Part shown: positions 1-9,171 of the stretch, in pieces
Position numbering within the stretch: position 1 is the first letter of the stretch
Layout: the number at the start of each line of letters is the position of its first letter
Assembly (NCBI GenBank): GCA_963798085.1
Contig: CAWCRS010000005.1
Coordinates: 13,880-77,879, forward strand
DNA length: 64,000 bases
Direction: 5' to 3'
Source of the DNA: an uncultured Gemmatimonadales bacterium
GTDB taxonomy: Bacteria > Gemmatimonadota > Gemmatimonadetes > Longimicrobiales > RSA9
Notes under the pieces: generated by a model
Seen by the model: only the letters and a program-made list of their open reading frames with translations
The model's database searches: none
Told to the model about the DNA's origin: nothing
Translations under genes and position numbers: made by a program

Positions 1-38
1 TCCACCTCGTATCGAACGCGCGGTTAGCGGACCGCGTT

Positions 39-1352
39 TCAGTTGTCGCCAAGACGTGCCCCCAGAACCGCCTCCAGCTGCGCGATGCTGACACCGAGCT
101 GCTGTTTGGCGCGCACGAAGCTGGACTCCGCATCGGCCAGCGACAGCTGTGATGTCTGCAGTTCCACGATTGTGGCCACCCCGATCTGGTAGCGTTCCTC
201 CTGAACGCGCAGGTCCTCGCGGGCGAGGTCCACACTGCGCCGGGCAATGGTGACCCGCCGGCCCGCGGATTCCACACGCTGTGCCGCATCAATGGCCTGA
301 GCGCGGGCTCCAATGCTTGCGTCGCGGGCGCGGGTCGCCGCCACGCGCTCCGCCGCAGCCGCGCGCTGCACGCTCGCCTCCCGGCTGAAGCCATTGAACA
401 GCGAGTACGATGCGGTGAGGCGGACATTCCAGCTGCGCGTCGTGGGCGGGTACGTCGGCGCGAACCAGTCGAAGCCGCCAGTCGCGCGCAGGTTGGGAAG
501 GTAGGTCGTGTAGGAGGAGAGCTTGCTCGTTCGCGTATCGGCCCAGACGGCGTCCGCGGCCAGGGCCTGGGGTGAACTGCGTGCGGCGCGTGCCGCCAGG
601 CTGTCCGGGGGCGGCAGCACCGGCGCTTCTTCGGGCAGCGTCGAATCCGTCGGCTCGACCTCCCCGCCCGTGCCGATCTGCTGCCCCAGCGTCAAGCGAG
701 CCGAGCGGAGCGCGGACTGCGCATCGATGAGGGCCAGCTCGGCGTTGCCTACCTCGATCTCCGCGCGCAGCACATCGGAGCGCGTGGCACTGCCCACTTC
801 GAGTCGGGTCTGAGCGAACGCGAGCTGCTGCCGTGCGCGCTCGAGGCGCTGGCTGGAGGTACCCACCAGCTCAGCCGAGGCGGCCGCGTCGTAGTACGCC
901 GAAGTGGTAGTCAGCGCCGTCTGGAAGCGCGCCAGCCGCATTGAGGCGTCGGCGGCGTCCAGGCGGGCCTGCGAGCTGCGGTAGGACATGAATCGTCGCC
1001 CCGCAGTGAACAGGTCGTAGCTGAACTGCGTCTGGGCGGTGTAGCTCGTGGACACGAGACGGCCGGTGGCCTGATCGAACCGCGTATTGCTGGAATTGGC
1101 GTAAATGCCGTTGGCTGTGAACTGTGGCAGGAACGTTCCGAACGACTCGAGGCGCGATGCCTCGGCCGTCTGCACGGCCGCCTCGGCACTCACGGTGACA
1201 GGGTTGTTGAGCCAGGCCAGCCGGAGCGCCTCATCGAGCGAGATCGTCCGGACGCCGGGCTCCTGGGCACTCGCGCCCAATGCCGCCAGCCAGAAAGCGA
1301 AAGCTCCGAGCCGGAACAGACCTCGGCCCGGCGCAGCACATGAATTCTTCAT
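39..1352 (-). CDS. TolC-family outer membrane efflux protein
   Basis: 437-aa ORF with ATG at 1350-1352. N-terminal signal peptide (FWLAALGASAQE) followed by the 'SLDEALRLAWLNNP' type start and repeated coiled Lxx(A/Q)xxxL segments typical of OMF/TolC proteins. Confidence 0.8.
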   Translation of the reverse strand: MKNSCAAPGRGLFRLGAFAFWLAALGASAQEPGVRTISLDEALRLAWLNNPVTVSAEAAVQTAEASRLESFGTFLPQFTANGIYANSSNTRFDQATGRLVSTSYTAQTQFSYDLFTAGRRFMSYRSSQARLDAADASMRLARFQTALTTTSAYYDAAASAELVGTSSQRLERARQQLAFAQTRLEVGSATRSDVLRAEIEVGNAELALIDAQSALRSARLTLGQQIGTGGEVEPTDSTLPEEAPVLPPPDSLAARAARSSPQALAADAVWADTRTSKLSSYTTYLPNLRATGGFDWFAPTYPPTTRSWNVRLTASYSLFNGFSREASVQRAAAAERVAATRARDASIGARAQAIDAAQRVESAGRRVTIARRSVDLAREDLRVQEERYQIGVATIVELQTSQLSLADAESSFVRAKQQLGVSIAQLEAVLGARLGDN

Positions 1353-1510
1353 TCCTGCCCCTGGGGTGAACTCAGGAGAAACTGACGCGCAGCGGGCGCA
1401 GAACGTTGAGGAAGCCCGGGTTGGGTGGGACGGGCAGCAGCGCGCAGGGACAAGACCGGCGTGCGGCGAAAGGGGGTGGGCTACGGGTGGACCCGTCCGC
1501 AGGCCTGTTC

Positions 1511-2074
1511 TCAGGCTTCCGCACCCGCCTGCAGGGCCCGCAGCACGTCCTCGCCGTAGAACATCCGGATGTACTTCGCCTGCACCGGCGTGATGCGGCG
1601 GACCGCCCAGACCAGCTGGACATAATTCGGCTCGTGGGGCGGCCGGATGAGGTGCAGCCCGACTTCCAATGGCAGGCGGCTGCCCTTGCGGTTGTTGCAG
1701 GGCGAGCAGGCCGTGACCACGTTGTGCCAGCTGTTATCGCCGCCGCGCGAGAGCGGCACGATGTGATCGCGTGTCAGGAACTCGCGCCCGCGCAGCTCGG
1801 TGCGGTGACGATTGCAGTACTGGCAGCGGTAGGCATCGCGCGCGAACAGGAAGGTGTTAGTCACCTGCCGGCGGAACTTGCGCGGGACGTGCACGAAGCG
1901 AACAAGCCGTATCACGGAGGGACACGGCATTTCGCGCTTCTCGGAGCGGAAGCTGCGCGACGGGTCGACTTCGAGGATTTCCGCTTTTCGGTCGATTACG
2001 AGACGGAGCGCCCGCCGTAGCGGGAGCATGGTCAGCGGCTCGAAGGAGGCATTAAGTGCCAGACATCCGACCAC
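1511..2074 (-). CDS. HNH endonuclease
   Basis: 187-aa ORF with a GTG start. Motifs 'CQYCN...TRDHIVPLSRGGDNSWHNVVTACSPCNNRK' match the Cys-box plus H-N-H catalytic core. Confidence 0.8.
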   Translation of the reverse strand: MVGCLALNASFEPLTMLPLRRALRLVIDRKAEILEVDPSRSFRSEKREMPCPSVIRLVRFVHVPRKFRRQVTNTFLFARDAYRCQYCNRHRTELRGREFLTRDHIVPLSRGGDNSWHNVVTACSPCNNRKGSRLPLEVGLHLIRPPHEPNYVQLVWAVRRITPVQAKYIRMFYGEDVLRALQAGAEA

Positions 2075-2212
2075 GGCGAAACGATTCTCCTCTGCTGAGT
2101 GCGCCGGCCCTCACCGCCCACCCGCGCCGGCAACCGGCACCGGGAACGCTACGCACGCGCTCCCAACAGTTTACGACAAGTGGCGCCGCTCATCAATACA
2201 AGCGCGCACCCG

Positions 2213-4453
2213 TCACAGGAGTGTGACGGGGTCGCGATCGAGCAATAATCGCAGCTCGGCCCGTCCGCTGCGCAGCTCGTAGCGGTACTGCAGCAGCCTG
2301 CCGATCCCGCCCAGCGCTCGCGCCCGGCCGCTGCGCAGCAGGAAGTGCCAGCGCCAGCGTCCGCGGATCTTGTCGATGGGACAGGGTGCCGGCCCGACGA
2401 TCTGCACTTCGCTCAGACCCTCGGCCGTCATCGTGTTGCGGACCCAGGCGACGGCATCACGGATTGCGGCGTGGACTGCGTTCTCGTCGACGCCACTGAC
2501 AATGACGTTGGCGAGCCGTGAGTGGGGCGGGTACGCGGCCGGCCGGCGCTCCTCGACTTCGCGCTCGGCGAAGCGTGCGTAGTCGTGCGTTATCGCGCAC
2601 TCGATGGCGTAGTGCTGGGGCAGTGCCGTCTGCACCAGCACCTCGCCGCCCGCGGGTCCCCGCCCGGCCCGGCCCGCCACCTGCGTGAGCAACTGGAACG
2701 TGCGTTCGCTCGCACGGAAATCGGGCAGCGACATGCCAATGTCGGCGTTCACCACGCCGACCAGCGTCACGCCCGGGAAATCGAGCCCCTTGGCGATCAT
2801 CTGCGTGCCCAGGAGAATGTCGATCTCGCGGCTCTCGACGCGCGCCAGAATCTCGTGGTGCGACCACTTCGCGCTCGTGGTATCCACATCCATCCGCGCG
2901 ATGCGGGCGCCGGGGAAGCGCTCCGCAACTTCGCGTTCCACCTGCTCCGTCCCCACGCCGAGGAAAGCGGGGTCTGCGGAACCACACTGTTCGCAGACCG
3001 TGGGCGGTGGCTCTTCATGGAAGCAGTAATGACAGACGAGACGCCGTCGCCCCCGGTGAAAAGTCAGTGTGACGTTGCAGTCTCGGCAGTGCCATACGTG
3101 GCCGCAGTCGCGGCACTGCACGAAGGTGGCGTAACCGCGGCGATTGAGCAGCAGGATGGTCTGTTCGCCGCGCTGCAGTCGCGTCTCGATGGCCTGGGCC
3201 AGATCGGTCGAAAGCGCCCGCCTGCCTTCATCCGGGCTGCGTCGCGAGCGGCGCAGGTCAATGGTGCGCACGGGAGGCAGCGGCCGGCCACCCACGCGCT
3301 CGGGCAGCTCGATCAGCTGCCACTTGCCGCGGCGCGCGTTGTGGTAGCTCTCCAGCGCGGGAGTCGCGCTGCCCAGGACACACACCGCGCCCGCCAGTTG
3401 CGCGCGCACGACCGCGACTTCGCGGGCGTGATAGCGCGGCGCATCGCTCTGTTTGTACGAGCCCTCGTGTTCCTCATCCACGATGATCGCGCCAAGACTG
3501 CGCACCGGCGCGAAGATGGCCGAGCGGGCGCCGATCGCGATGCGCCGGCTGCCGCTGTGCAGCGCGCGCCACGCGTCGTAGCGTTCGCCATCGGAAAGCG
3601 CCGAGTGCAGTACGGCAATGGTGTCACCGAAATGTGCGCGGAACCGCGCTACCGTCTGCGGTGTGAGCGAGATCTCGGGCACGAGCACGATCGCGCCGCG
3701 ACCCTGTGCGCGCACGACCTCGTGCAACAGCTCGATGTACACCTGCGTCTTGCCCGAGCCGGTCACGCCCAGCAGCAGAAAGGGTGCGACGGCGCTCGCG
3801 GCGCGCGCCGCCGCCGTCAGGCGCTCCACCGCCGCGCGCTGCGCCGGGGTCAGCGTGTGTGCGGGCGGAGCCGCCACCGGCTGGTTGGTGAACGGATCAC
3901 GCAGCACGGATTCCTCCACCAGCACGGCGAGACCCTTGTCTACCAGGCCGCGCAGCACGGAGGCGGAGAAGCCGTTGCGCTCCTGAAGGTGCGGCACGGC
4001 CGCACTGCCACCCAGCGACTCCAGGAGCTCGAAACACTCGCGCTGACGCGCCGAGCGGCGGAACGTTGCCGCACGCTCTGTCAGTGTGGGCAGTTCCGTG
4101 GTGAGGCGCAGCACGCGTTGTGTGCGCACCGGCGGCGTGGGCCGTGCGTGATGGCTCAGCAGCGCGGGCAGCGCGACACGCAGCACTACGCCGAGCGGGG
4201 CCAGATAGTAGCTGGCCACCCAGCGACACAGCCCCAGCAGCTCGAGCGTGACGCTGGGTTCTTTTTCGAGCACGCGTTCCACGGCACGCAGGCGCTCGGG
4301 CACGCGCTCGCCGGCGGACGGGCCAACCACCCAGCCTACGAGGCGTCGCCCGCTGAACGGCACCAGCACGCGGGTGCCGGGCGCAATCGCGGCTGCGACT
4401 GTGTACGTGAATGTTCGCGGGACCGGAACCGGCAGCGCCACCTCCACCAGCAT
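2213..4453 (-). CDS. priA: Primosomal protein N' (replication restart helicase PriA)
   Basis: Walker A 'GVTGSGKT', DEEH box 'IVDEEHE', and the PriA Cys-rich zinc insert 'CRDCGHVWHCRDCNVTLTFH...CHYCFHEEPPPTVCEQCGS'. The track ORF starts at a TTG (4471). ATG at 4451-4453 (MLVEVALPV) is the more likely start. Confidence 0.9.
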   Translation of the reverse strand: MLVEVALPVPVPRTFTYTVAAAIAPGTRVLVPFSGRRLVGWVVGPSAGERVPERLRAVERVLEKEPSVTLELLGLCRWVASYYLAPLGVVLRVALPALLSHHARPTPPVRTQRVLRLTTELPTLTERAATFRRSARQRECFELLESLGGSAAVPHLQERNGFSASVLRGLVDKGLAVLVEESVLRDPFTNQPVAAPPAHTLTPAQRAAVERLTAAARAASAVAPFLLLGVTGSGKTQVYIELLHEVVRAQGRGAIVLVPEISLTPQTVARFRAHFGDTIAVLHSALSDGERYDAWRALHSGSRRIAIGARSAIFAPVRSLGAIIVDEEHEGSYKQSDAPRYHAREVAVVRAQLAGAVCVLGSATPALESYHNARRGKWQLIELPERVGGRPLPPVRTIDLRRSRRSPDEGRRALSTDLAQAIETRLQRGEQTILLLNRRGYATFVQCRDCGHVWHCRDCNVTLTFHRGRRRLVCHYCFHEEPPPTVCEQCGSADPAFLGVGTEQVEREVAERFPGARIARMDVDTTSAKWSHHEILARVESREIDILLGTQMIAKGLDFPGVTLVGVVNADIGMSLPDFRASERTFQLLTQVAGRAGRGPAGGEVLVQTALPQHYAIECAITHDYARFAEREVEERRPAAYPPHSRLANVIVSGVDENAVHAAIRDAVAWVRNTMTAEGLSEVQIVGPAPCPIDKIRGRWRWHFLLRSGRARALGGIGRLLQYRYELRSGRAELRLLLDRDPVTLL

Positions 4454-4460
4454 GGCGGAC

Positions 4461-5132
4461 TCAGCGGGCAAGGCGCACGAAGTCGTAGGCCGGCCAGGGG
4501 CCGGTCACATCCAGGGTGAGACGGGCGTCAGCCGCGGCCAGATCTTCGGCGCGCTCGACGAATTCCACCCAGGTACTGCCGGGCACGAGGAACGCGGCGC
4601 TCATCAGGCGGTGTTCGCGCGCAACCAGCGGCATGGCCGCATGGGCTTCCCGCCGCAGCTCCGTGTAGAGCAGGCCGGCGGCCTGCTGCAGCGAGGGCTC
4701 CAGGGATGCCGTGCCGCGCACGCCTACGTGCACGCGCAGCTCCCAGTAGCCACCAATGATGTTGAGCGCGTCATCCAGCCGCAGGTACTGCTCATCGAAC
4801 CAGCGCAGCAGCTCACGGCGGTCCCGGAAGACGACACCACAGGGCATGGGCAGCACCGCCGCCCGGCGCATCACCGACTCGACGACGCCCTGATGCTCCC
4901 TTAACAGTGTGTCATCAACGGCCGGCACGCGGAACGGGAAGACCCGCACCACGGCTTCCAGCTCGCGGTGGCGAATGCTGACCACGCCGGCCGGCTCACG
5001 GCGGCGTGCGCCCCGCAGACCGCTGCGACGGGCAATGGCGAAGAGATAAAGACCTTCCGCCGGAGCGCGTGCGCCGCCGGTGTCGGCCCGCGCTTCCGCG
5101 CCCGTATGCGGCGCTTCCGGCGGCATGGTCAT
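4461..5132 (-). CDS. GvpL/GvpF-family-like protein (orphan, not in a gas-vesicle cluster)
   Basis: Only the C-terminal 223 aa of track ORF 4461..5561 look coding, starting at MTMPPE (ATG 5130-5132). The pattern 'GLYLFAI...LEAVV...H..VV......VLPMPCGVVF...L...L......L...L....G.WELRVHV' resembles the GvpL_GvpF N-domain as recalled from memory. An ATGA overlap links it to the upstream M24 gene stop (5129-5132). Confidence 0.5.
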   Translation of the reverse strand: MTMPPEAPHTGAEARADTGGARAPAEGLYLFAIARRSGLRGARRREPAGVVSIRHRELEAVVRVFPFRVPAVDDTLLREHQGVVESVMRRAAVLPMPCGVVFRDRRELLRWFDEQYLRLDDALNIIGGYWELRVHVGVRGTASLEPSLQQAAGLLYTELRREAHAAMPLVAREHRLMSAAFLVPGSTWVEFVERAEDLAAADARLTLDVTGPWPAYDFVRLAR

Positions 5133-6332
5133 ACGTCCGGGAAGGTAGCCATCGCGGACTGGATTCCGCCGGGCGTCACTTCCGGGCCGGACTCGCTCAT
5201 GTACACGTTGATCTCCGTGCGCACACCGATCTCGCCGGCAATGTAGATACCGGGTTCGATGGAGAAGCCCACACCGGGCAGCAGCACGCGCGTCTCGTGC
5301 GTCTCCAGATTGTCGATATTGGGGCCCATGCCGTGTGTCGCCGTGTCGATGGAATGGCCGGTGCGGTGGATGAAGTAGTCCGCGTAGCCGGCATCGCGGA
5401 TGACGGCCCGGGTCACGTCGTCTACCTCGTATCCCTGTATCGCGCGACCAGCGGACCACGACTTCTGCAGAAACGCGATGGCAGCGTCGCGTGCGCGGCA
5501 GATGATGCCGAACAACTCGGCGGCGCGGGCCGGAACCTGTCCGCCCAGGCACGCCATCCATGTCTGGTCCGCGAACGCCGACTGCTCGGTCTCCTTCGCC
5601 CAGAGGTCTAACAGCACCACATCACCTGCGCGGAACGTGGCACCGCCGTTCTCCGCCTCATAGTGCGGATTGGAAGCATTCCGGGCCGTAGCCGCAATGC
5701 AGTCGGCACCGGCGCCCGCGCCGTGCGCCACCAGCTGCGCGATGACGTGCTCACGCATGCGGCTCTCCGTGATGCCCTGCCCCACGTGAGTCGCGAGCCA
5801 TGCGAACGCGTCGTTGGCCACTTCACGGAGCACCTGTGCGGAGCGGCGGTGCGCCGCGAGCTGCGCATCGCTCCAGCGCGAATAGAAGCGCGTGATCAGG
5901 TCGCCGGAAGAAACCGGTTCGCCGCCGGCGGCGCGCACGATCTCGGCCACACCTGCCGGCACGAGATCACACACGGGCACGGCGTCGCGCGCCGACAGCT
6001 CCATGGCAATGCGCGTACGGCCGGCCAGCAGGGACGCCAGCGCGGCGTCGAGCGAGCGCCAGCTCACATAACTGGTCTGTTCCCACGGCCATGCCCGCCA
6101 GGGACCCTGCTCGAATGCCGTGGGTCAGCGCGAACGGCGTACCCTGTGCCGGGATGAGGACGAAGTAGCGTCGGCTCATCTCGCCGAGTCCGAGCAGGGA
6201 GGAGGCGACGATGTTCCGCCCGCGCAGATCGTACAGCAGCCAGCCGTCGAGCCGCAGCTCGCGCAGGGCGGCCTGGATTTCGTCGAGTTGTGCGCGCACG
6301 CGGCGGAAATCGGAAGCCGGAGCGATGCTCAT
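5129..6332 (-). CDS. M24-family Xaa-Pro aminopeptidase, frameshifted near 6104 in this sequence
   Basis: The N-terminal creatinase-like part is in ORF 5967..6332 and the catalytic part in ORF 5129..6067 ('HRTGHSID', 'GFSIEPGIY', 'RTEINVY'). Removing one base in minus-strand 'att c gag' (about 6104) joins '...FALTHGI' to 'EQGPWRAWPWEQTSYVSWRSLDAAL'. Confidence 0.75.
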
Positions 6333-6438
6333 GAGCGCTGTTCCTTCGATCGCGGGTCGTGGGTGATGCGTGTTCGCCGCCTGCAGCGCAGGCGGCGCGT
6401 CGTGATGCGTCGAATGTAGACCGGCGCGCGAAACGCGG

Positions 6439-7416
6439 TCAATCCGGCCAGGGCAGTCCGCAGAGTGCGTGCAGCGTGGCGACCACGCCCTTGCCGACGC
6501 GGTCCGGCGCGTAGCCGCCCTCGAGCAGCACCGTGCAATGACCGTGGCTGAAAGCCAGGGCGCGCTCCACGACGGAGCGCGTCATGACGTAGAGATCACG
6601 GGGTTCGAGCAGCAGCCGGCCCAGCGGATCCCCCGCCATGCAGTCGTAGCCGGCGGAGACGAGAACGAACTCGGGTCTGAACTCCTCGCAGGCTGTATCG
6701 AGGGCGTTGTGGAAGGAAGCCAGGTAATGCTCGCGCGGCGTGCTCGCGCGCACCGGCACGTTGCGCGTGGTGCCGCGGCCGCGGCCGGCGCCGCGCTCCG
6801 CATCCGCGCCCGAGCCCGGGTACCACGGGTACTGGTGCAGCGAGAGGTAGTAAACGCTCGGGTCTTCCCAGAAGATGTCCTGCGTGCCGTTGCCGTGGTG
6901 CACATCCCAGTCGACGATCAGCACGCGCTCCACCTGCTCGGCCTGCAGCGCACGCGCGGTGACAGCGACATTGTTGAACAGGCAGAAACCCATGACGCGC
7001 TCGGCGGTGGCGTGGTGGCCGGGCGGCCGGCACAGCGCGAACGCCGTGTTAGCGCGGCCCGCGAGCACCAGCCCGGCCGCATCCAGTGCGCACCCGGCCG
7101 CGGCCAGTCCGGCATCCCATGATGCCGCGGAGATCACCGTGTCGCCGGCGACCGTGACCAGCCCGGCCGCCTGCGCCGCCTGGTCCACGTGATGCCGCAC
7201 GCGCTCGACGTGGGCTGCGGAGTGCACCCGCAGTATGGCGTCGAGCGCGGCGTGTGTGCCTTCCTGCTGCGTCAGTGCCGGAAGCAGCACCGGCGTGTCG
7301 TGTTCAATGGCACGCACGATCGCCGGCAATCGACCCTGATGCTCCGGATGACCCCAGCCCGTGTCATGGCGCCCCGTATCCGGGTGCATTACCAGGGCAC
7401 AGGCGGGCGTATTCAA
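6439..7416 (-). CDS. Histone deacetylase-family (acetoin utilisation/acetylpolyamine amidohydrolase-like) protein
   Basis: Motifs 'RPPGHHA', 'DWDVHHGNGTQ', 'SAGYD' and 'EGGY'. The track start is a TTG. ATG at 7387-7389 (MHPDTG) is an alternative start. Confidence 0.85.
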   Translation of the reverse strand: MNTPACALVMHPDTGRHDTGWGHPEHQGRLPAIVRAIEHDTPVLLPALTQQEGTHAALDAILRVHSAAHVERVRHHVDQAAQAAGLVTVAGDTVISAASWDAGLAAAGCALDAAGLVLAGRANTAFALCRPPGHHATAERVMGFCLFNNVAVTARALQAEQVERVLIVDWDVHHGNGTQDIFWEDPSVYYLSLHQYPWYPGSGADAERGAGRGRGTTRNVPVRASTPREHYLASFHNALDTACEEFRPEFVLVSAGYDCMAGDPLGRLLLEPRDLYVMTRSVVERALAFSHGHCTVLLEGGYAPDRVGKGVVATLHALCGLPWPD

Positions 7417-9068
7417 CGCGCGCGTATCGCGGACGCTGGTGCGTCAGCGGCGAGGCCGCGCTGCTGCTTCTGCTTGCGTACCATCTCCCGCACATCGGCC
7501 AGCATTTTCTTCGCGTCGTACACGATGCCATCCTTGATCGTGTACTTGATGCCGCCCACGCGCTCGATCTTGCCGGTCTGATCGTTCAGGCGCATGGCGC
7601 CCGTGCCGTACAGCACCTTGAGATTGGCGAGCGGGTTCTGGTCGACCACGACCAGGTCGGCCTTGAGGCCGGCGCGGATGATGCCGAACTCGGGCTCGAT
7701 GCCCTTGGGCTTGTACAGCTGCTTCGCGCCGTTCATGGTAGCGGAGCGGATGACTTCGAGCGGCGTGAAGCCCGCTTCGCGCAGCAGCTCGAACTCGCGC
7801 AGGTAGTCGAAGCCGTAGAGCTTGTAGATGAAGCCCGAGTCCGAGCCCGTGGTCACGATGCCGCCGGCGTTCTTGAAATCATTGAGGAACTGCATCCAGC
7901 GCTGGTAGTAGTGCTTCCACGCTACCTCGTCCTCGGTGGTCCAGTCGTACCAGTAGGAGCCGTGCGCCTCACGGCTGGGCTGATAGTAGTCCCACATTGA
8001 CGGCAGCGTGTACTCGTCGTGCCATTCCGCGCGTGAGGCGCGCATCACATCGCGGCTCGCCTCATAGATCGTCATGGTGGGATCGATGCCGAAGCCCAGG
8101 TCGAGGAACTGCCGGATGAGCGCGTTCCACTGCGGGCTTTCCGGCTCGTAGATCTGGTTCCAGAGGCGCCCGATCTGGCCGAAACGCTTGGATTCGTCGT
8201 TGTAATTGTAGTCGGCGGGCCAGTCCTGGATGGAATTGTCCTTCAGCATGGACTCGAACAGCCCGTAATGATGTGTCATCATGTCCAGGCCCATCTTCGC
8301 GGCATCCAGTGCGGTCATGCGGGCCAGCCCCATCTGACTCAGGTGGGCGACGGTTCCGAGACCGTGCTTGTGGGCCTCATCGATGATCGCCTTCATGATC
8401 TCGGGATCGTAGGCATCCATCTTGACGCCATCGATCTTCTGGCCGTCCACCACCTGGTCCGCCGCCCAGCGCACCCATTCGCGGGCGATTTCGGGTGTAT
8501 CGATGGGCTTGCCGCCCCAACCCTTGCCCGTGCCCGGCCGCGTGTAGGCGAACATGCGCGGCGCCACGATCTCGTTGCGCGCACTGCGCGCTTTCTCTTC
8601 GAGCTGCCACTCGAACTCGCCATGCGGTACGCCGCGCGACGTTGTGATGCCGTTGCCCATCCAGAGCTTGTAGACGTATTCCGCCTGCGGCGCCTTGTCG
8701 GGACCGCCGGTGTGCGCGTGCATGTCAATGAATCCCGGCATCACGTACATGCCGCTGACGTCGATCTCGCGGGTCGCGCCCTGCGGCCGGGTGCGCGCAT
8801 TGATCGGCACCTTGGGGAAACCGACGCTCACCACCGAGCGGATCCGGTCCTGCTCGATCACGATGTCCATCGGCCCGCGCGGCGGTGCGCCCGTCCCGTC
8901 AATGACCATGGCACCGCGCAGGATCAGCCGCGGAAACGGACCCAGGCCTTCGTCGGAGCGCCTTGCCGTAGTGCGCTCCATGCCCCCGCCCTGCGCGGAT
9001 GCGCCGGCCGCGAAACTGACAGCAGCCAGCGCCAGCGCCATGCCGGCGTATTTCCTGCGCGTGTGCAT
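7413..9068 (-). CDS. Secreted amidohydrolase-family metallohydrolase
   Basis: 551 aa with signal peptide 'ALALAAVSFAAGASAQ'. N-terminal 'ILRGAMVIDGTG' and 'GFIDMHAH' metal-binding motif of the amidohydrolase superfamily. Confidence 0.75.
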   Translation of the reverse strand: MHTRRKYAGMALALAAVSFAAGASAQGGGMERTTARRSDEGLGPFPRLILRGAMVIDGTGAPPRGPMDIVIEQDRIRSVVSVGFPKVPINARTRPQGATREIDVSGMYVMPGFIDMHAHTGGPDKAPQAEYVYKLWMGNGITTSRGVPHGEFEWQLEEKARSARNEIVAPRMFAYTRPGTGKGWGGKPIDTPEIAREWVRWAADQVVDGQKIDGVKMDAYDPEIMKAIIDEAHKHGLGTVAHLSQMGLARMTALDAAKMGLDMMTHHYGLFESMLKDNSIQDWPADYNYNDESKRFGQIGRLWNQIYEPESPQWNALIRQFLDLGFGIDPTMTIYEASRDVMRASRAEWHDEYTLPSMWDYYQPSREAHGSYWYDWTTEDEVAWKHYYQRWMQFLNDFKNAGGIVTTGSDSGFIYKLYGFDYLREFELLREAGFTPLEVIRSATMNGAKQLYKPKGIEPEFGIIRAGLKADLVVVDQNPLANLKVLYGTGAMRLNDQTGKIERVGGIKYTIKDGIVYDAKKMLADVREMVRKQKQQRGLAADAPASAIRAR

Positions 9069-9171
9069 CGCTTTCCCCCTGGTTGAATGCCCCTGCTCAT
9101 TCTCGAACCTATGTCTGCGCTGCGGCCGCCGCAGCAGGGCCCCTCCCCCGGAGTCGCTCCCGCAAAGCGCC

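Noticed and set aside
2522-4519. 665-aa plus-strand ORF, and the similar long antisense ORFs 8695..10113, 12067..14082, 13502..15328, 20605..22395, 25851..27887, 27593..29536, 38838..39782, 52960..54267 and 54325..55404 (plus strand), and 44157..45851 and 57058..58395 (minus strand)
   Set aside because: Each lies opposite a gene with strong motif evidence (priA, the S9 peptidase, carB, SusC, the ADHs, yyaL, the APC permease, the M14 peptidase, the DSD1-like gene and the ATP-grasp gene). All have arginine/alanine/glycine/histidine-biased low-information sequences and no signal peptides or catalytic motifs.
4461-5132. Gas vesicle gene cluster
   Set aside because: Only a single GvpL/F-like gene is present. 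The flanking genes are a peptidase gene and priA, and no GvpA-like small hydrophobic protein ORF is seen nearby.
4461-5561. 366-aa version of the GvpL/F-like ORF
   Set aside because: The first 143 aa overlap the C-terminal catalytic region of the M24 peptidase in another frame and are Arg/His-rich. The internal ATG at 5130-5132 forms a classic ATGA junction with the peptidase stop.
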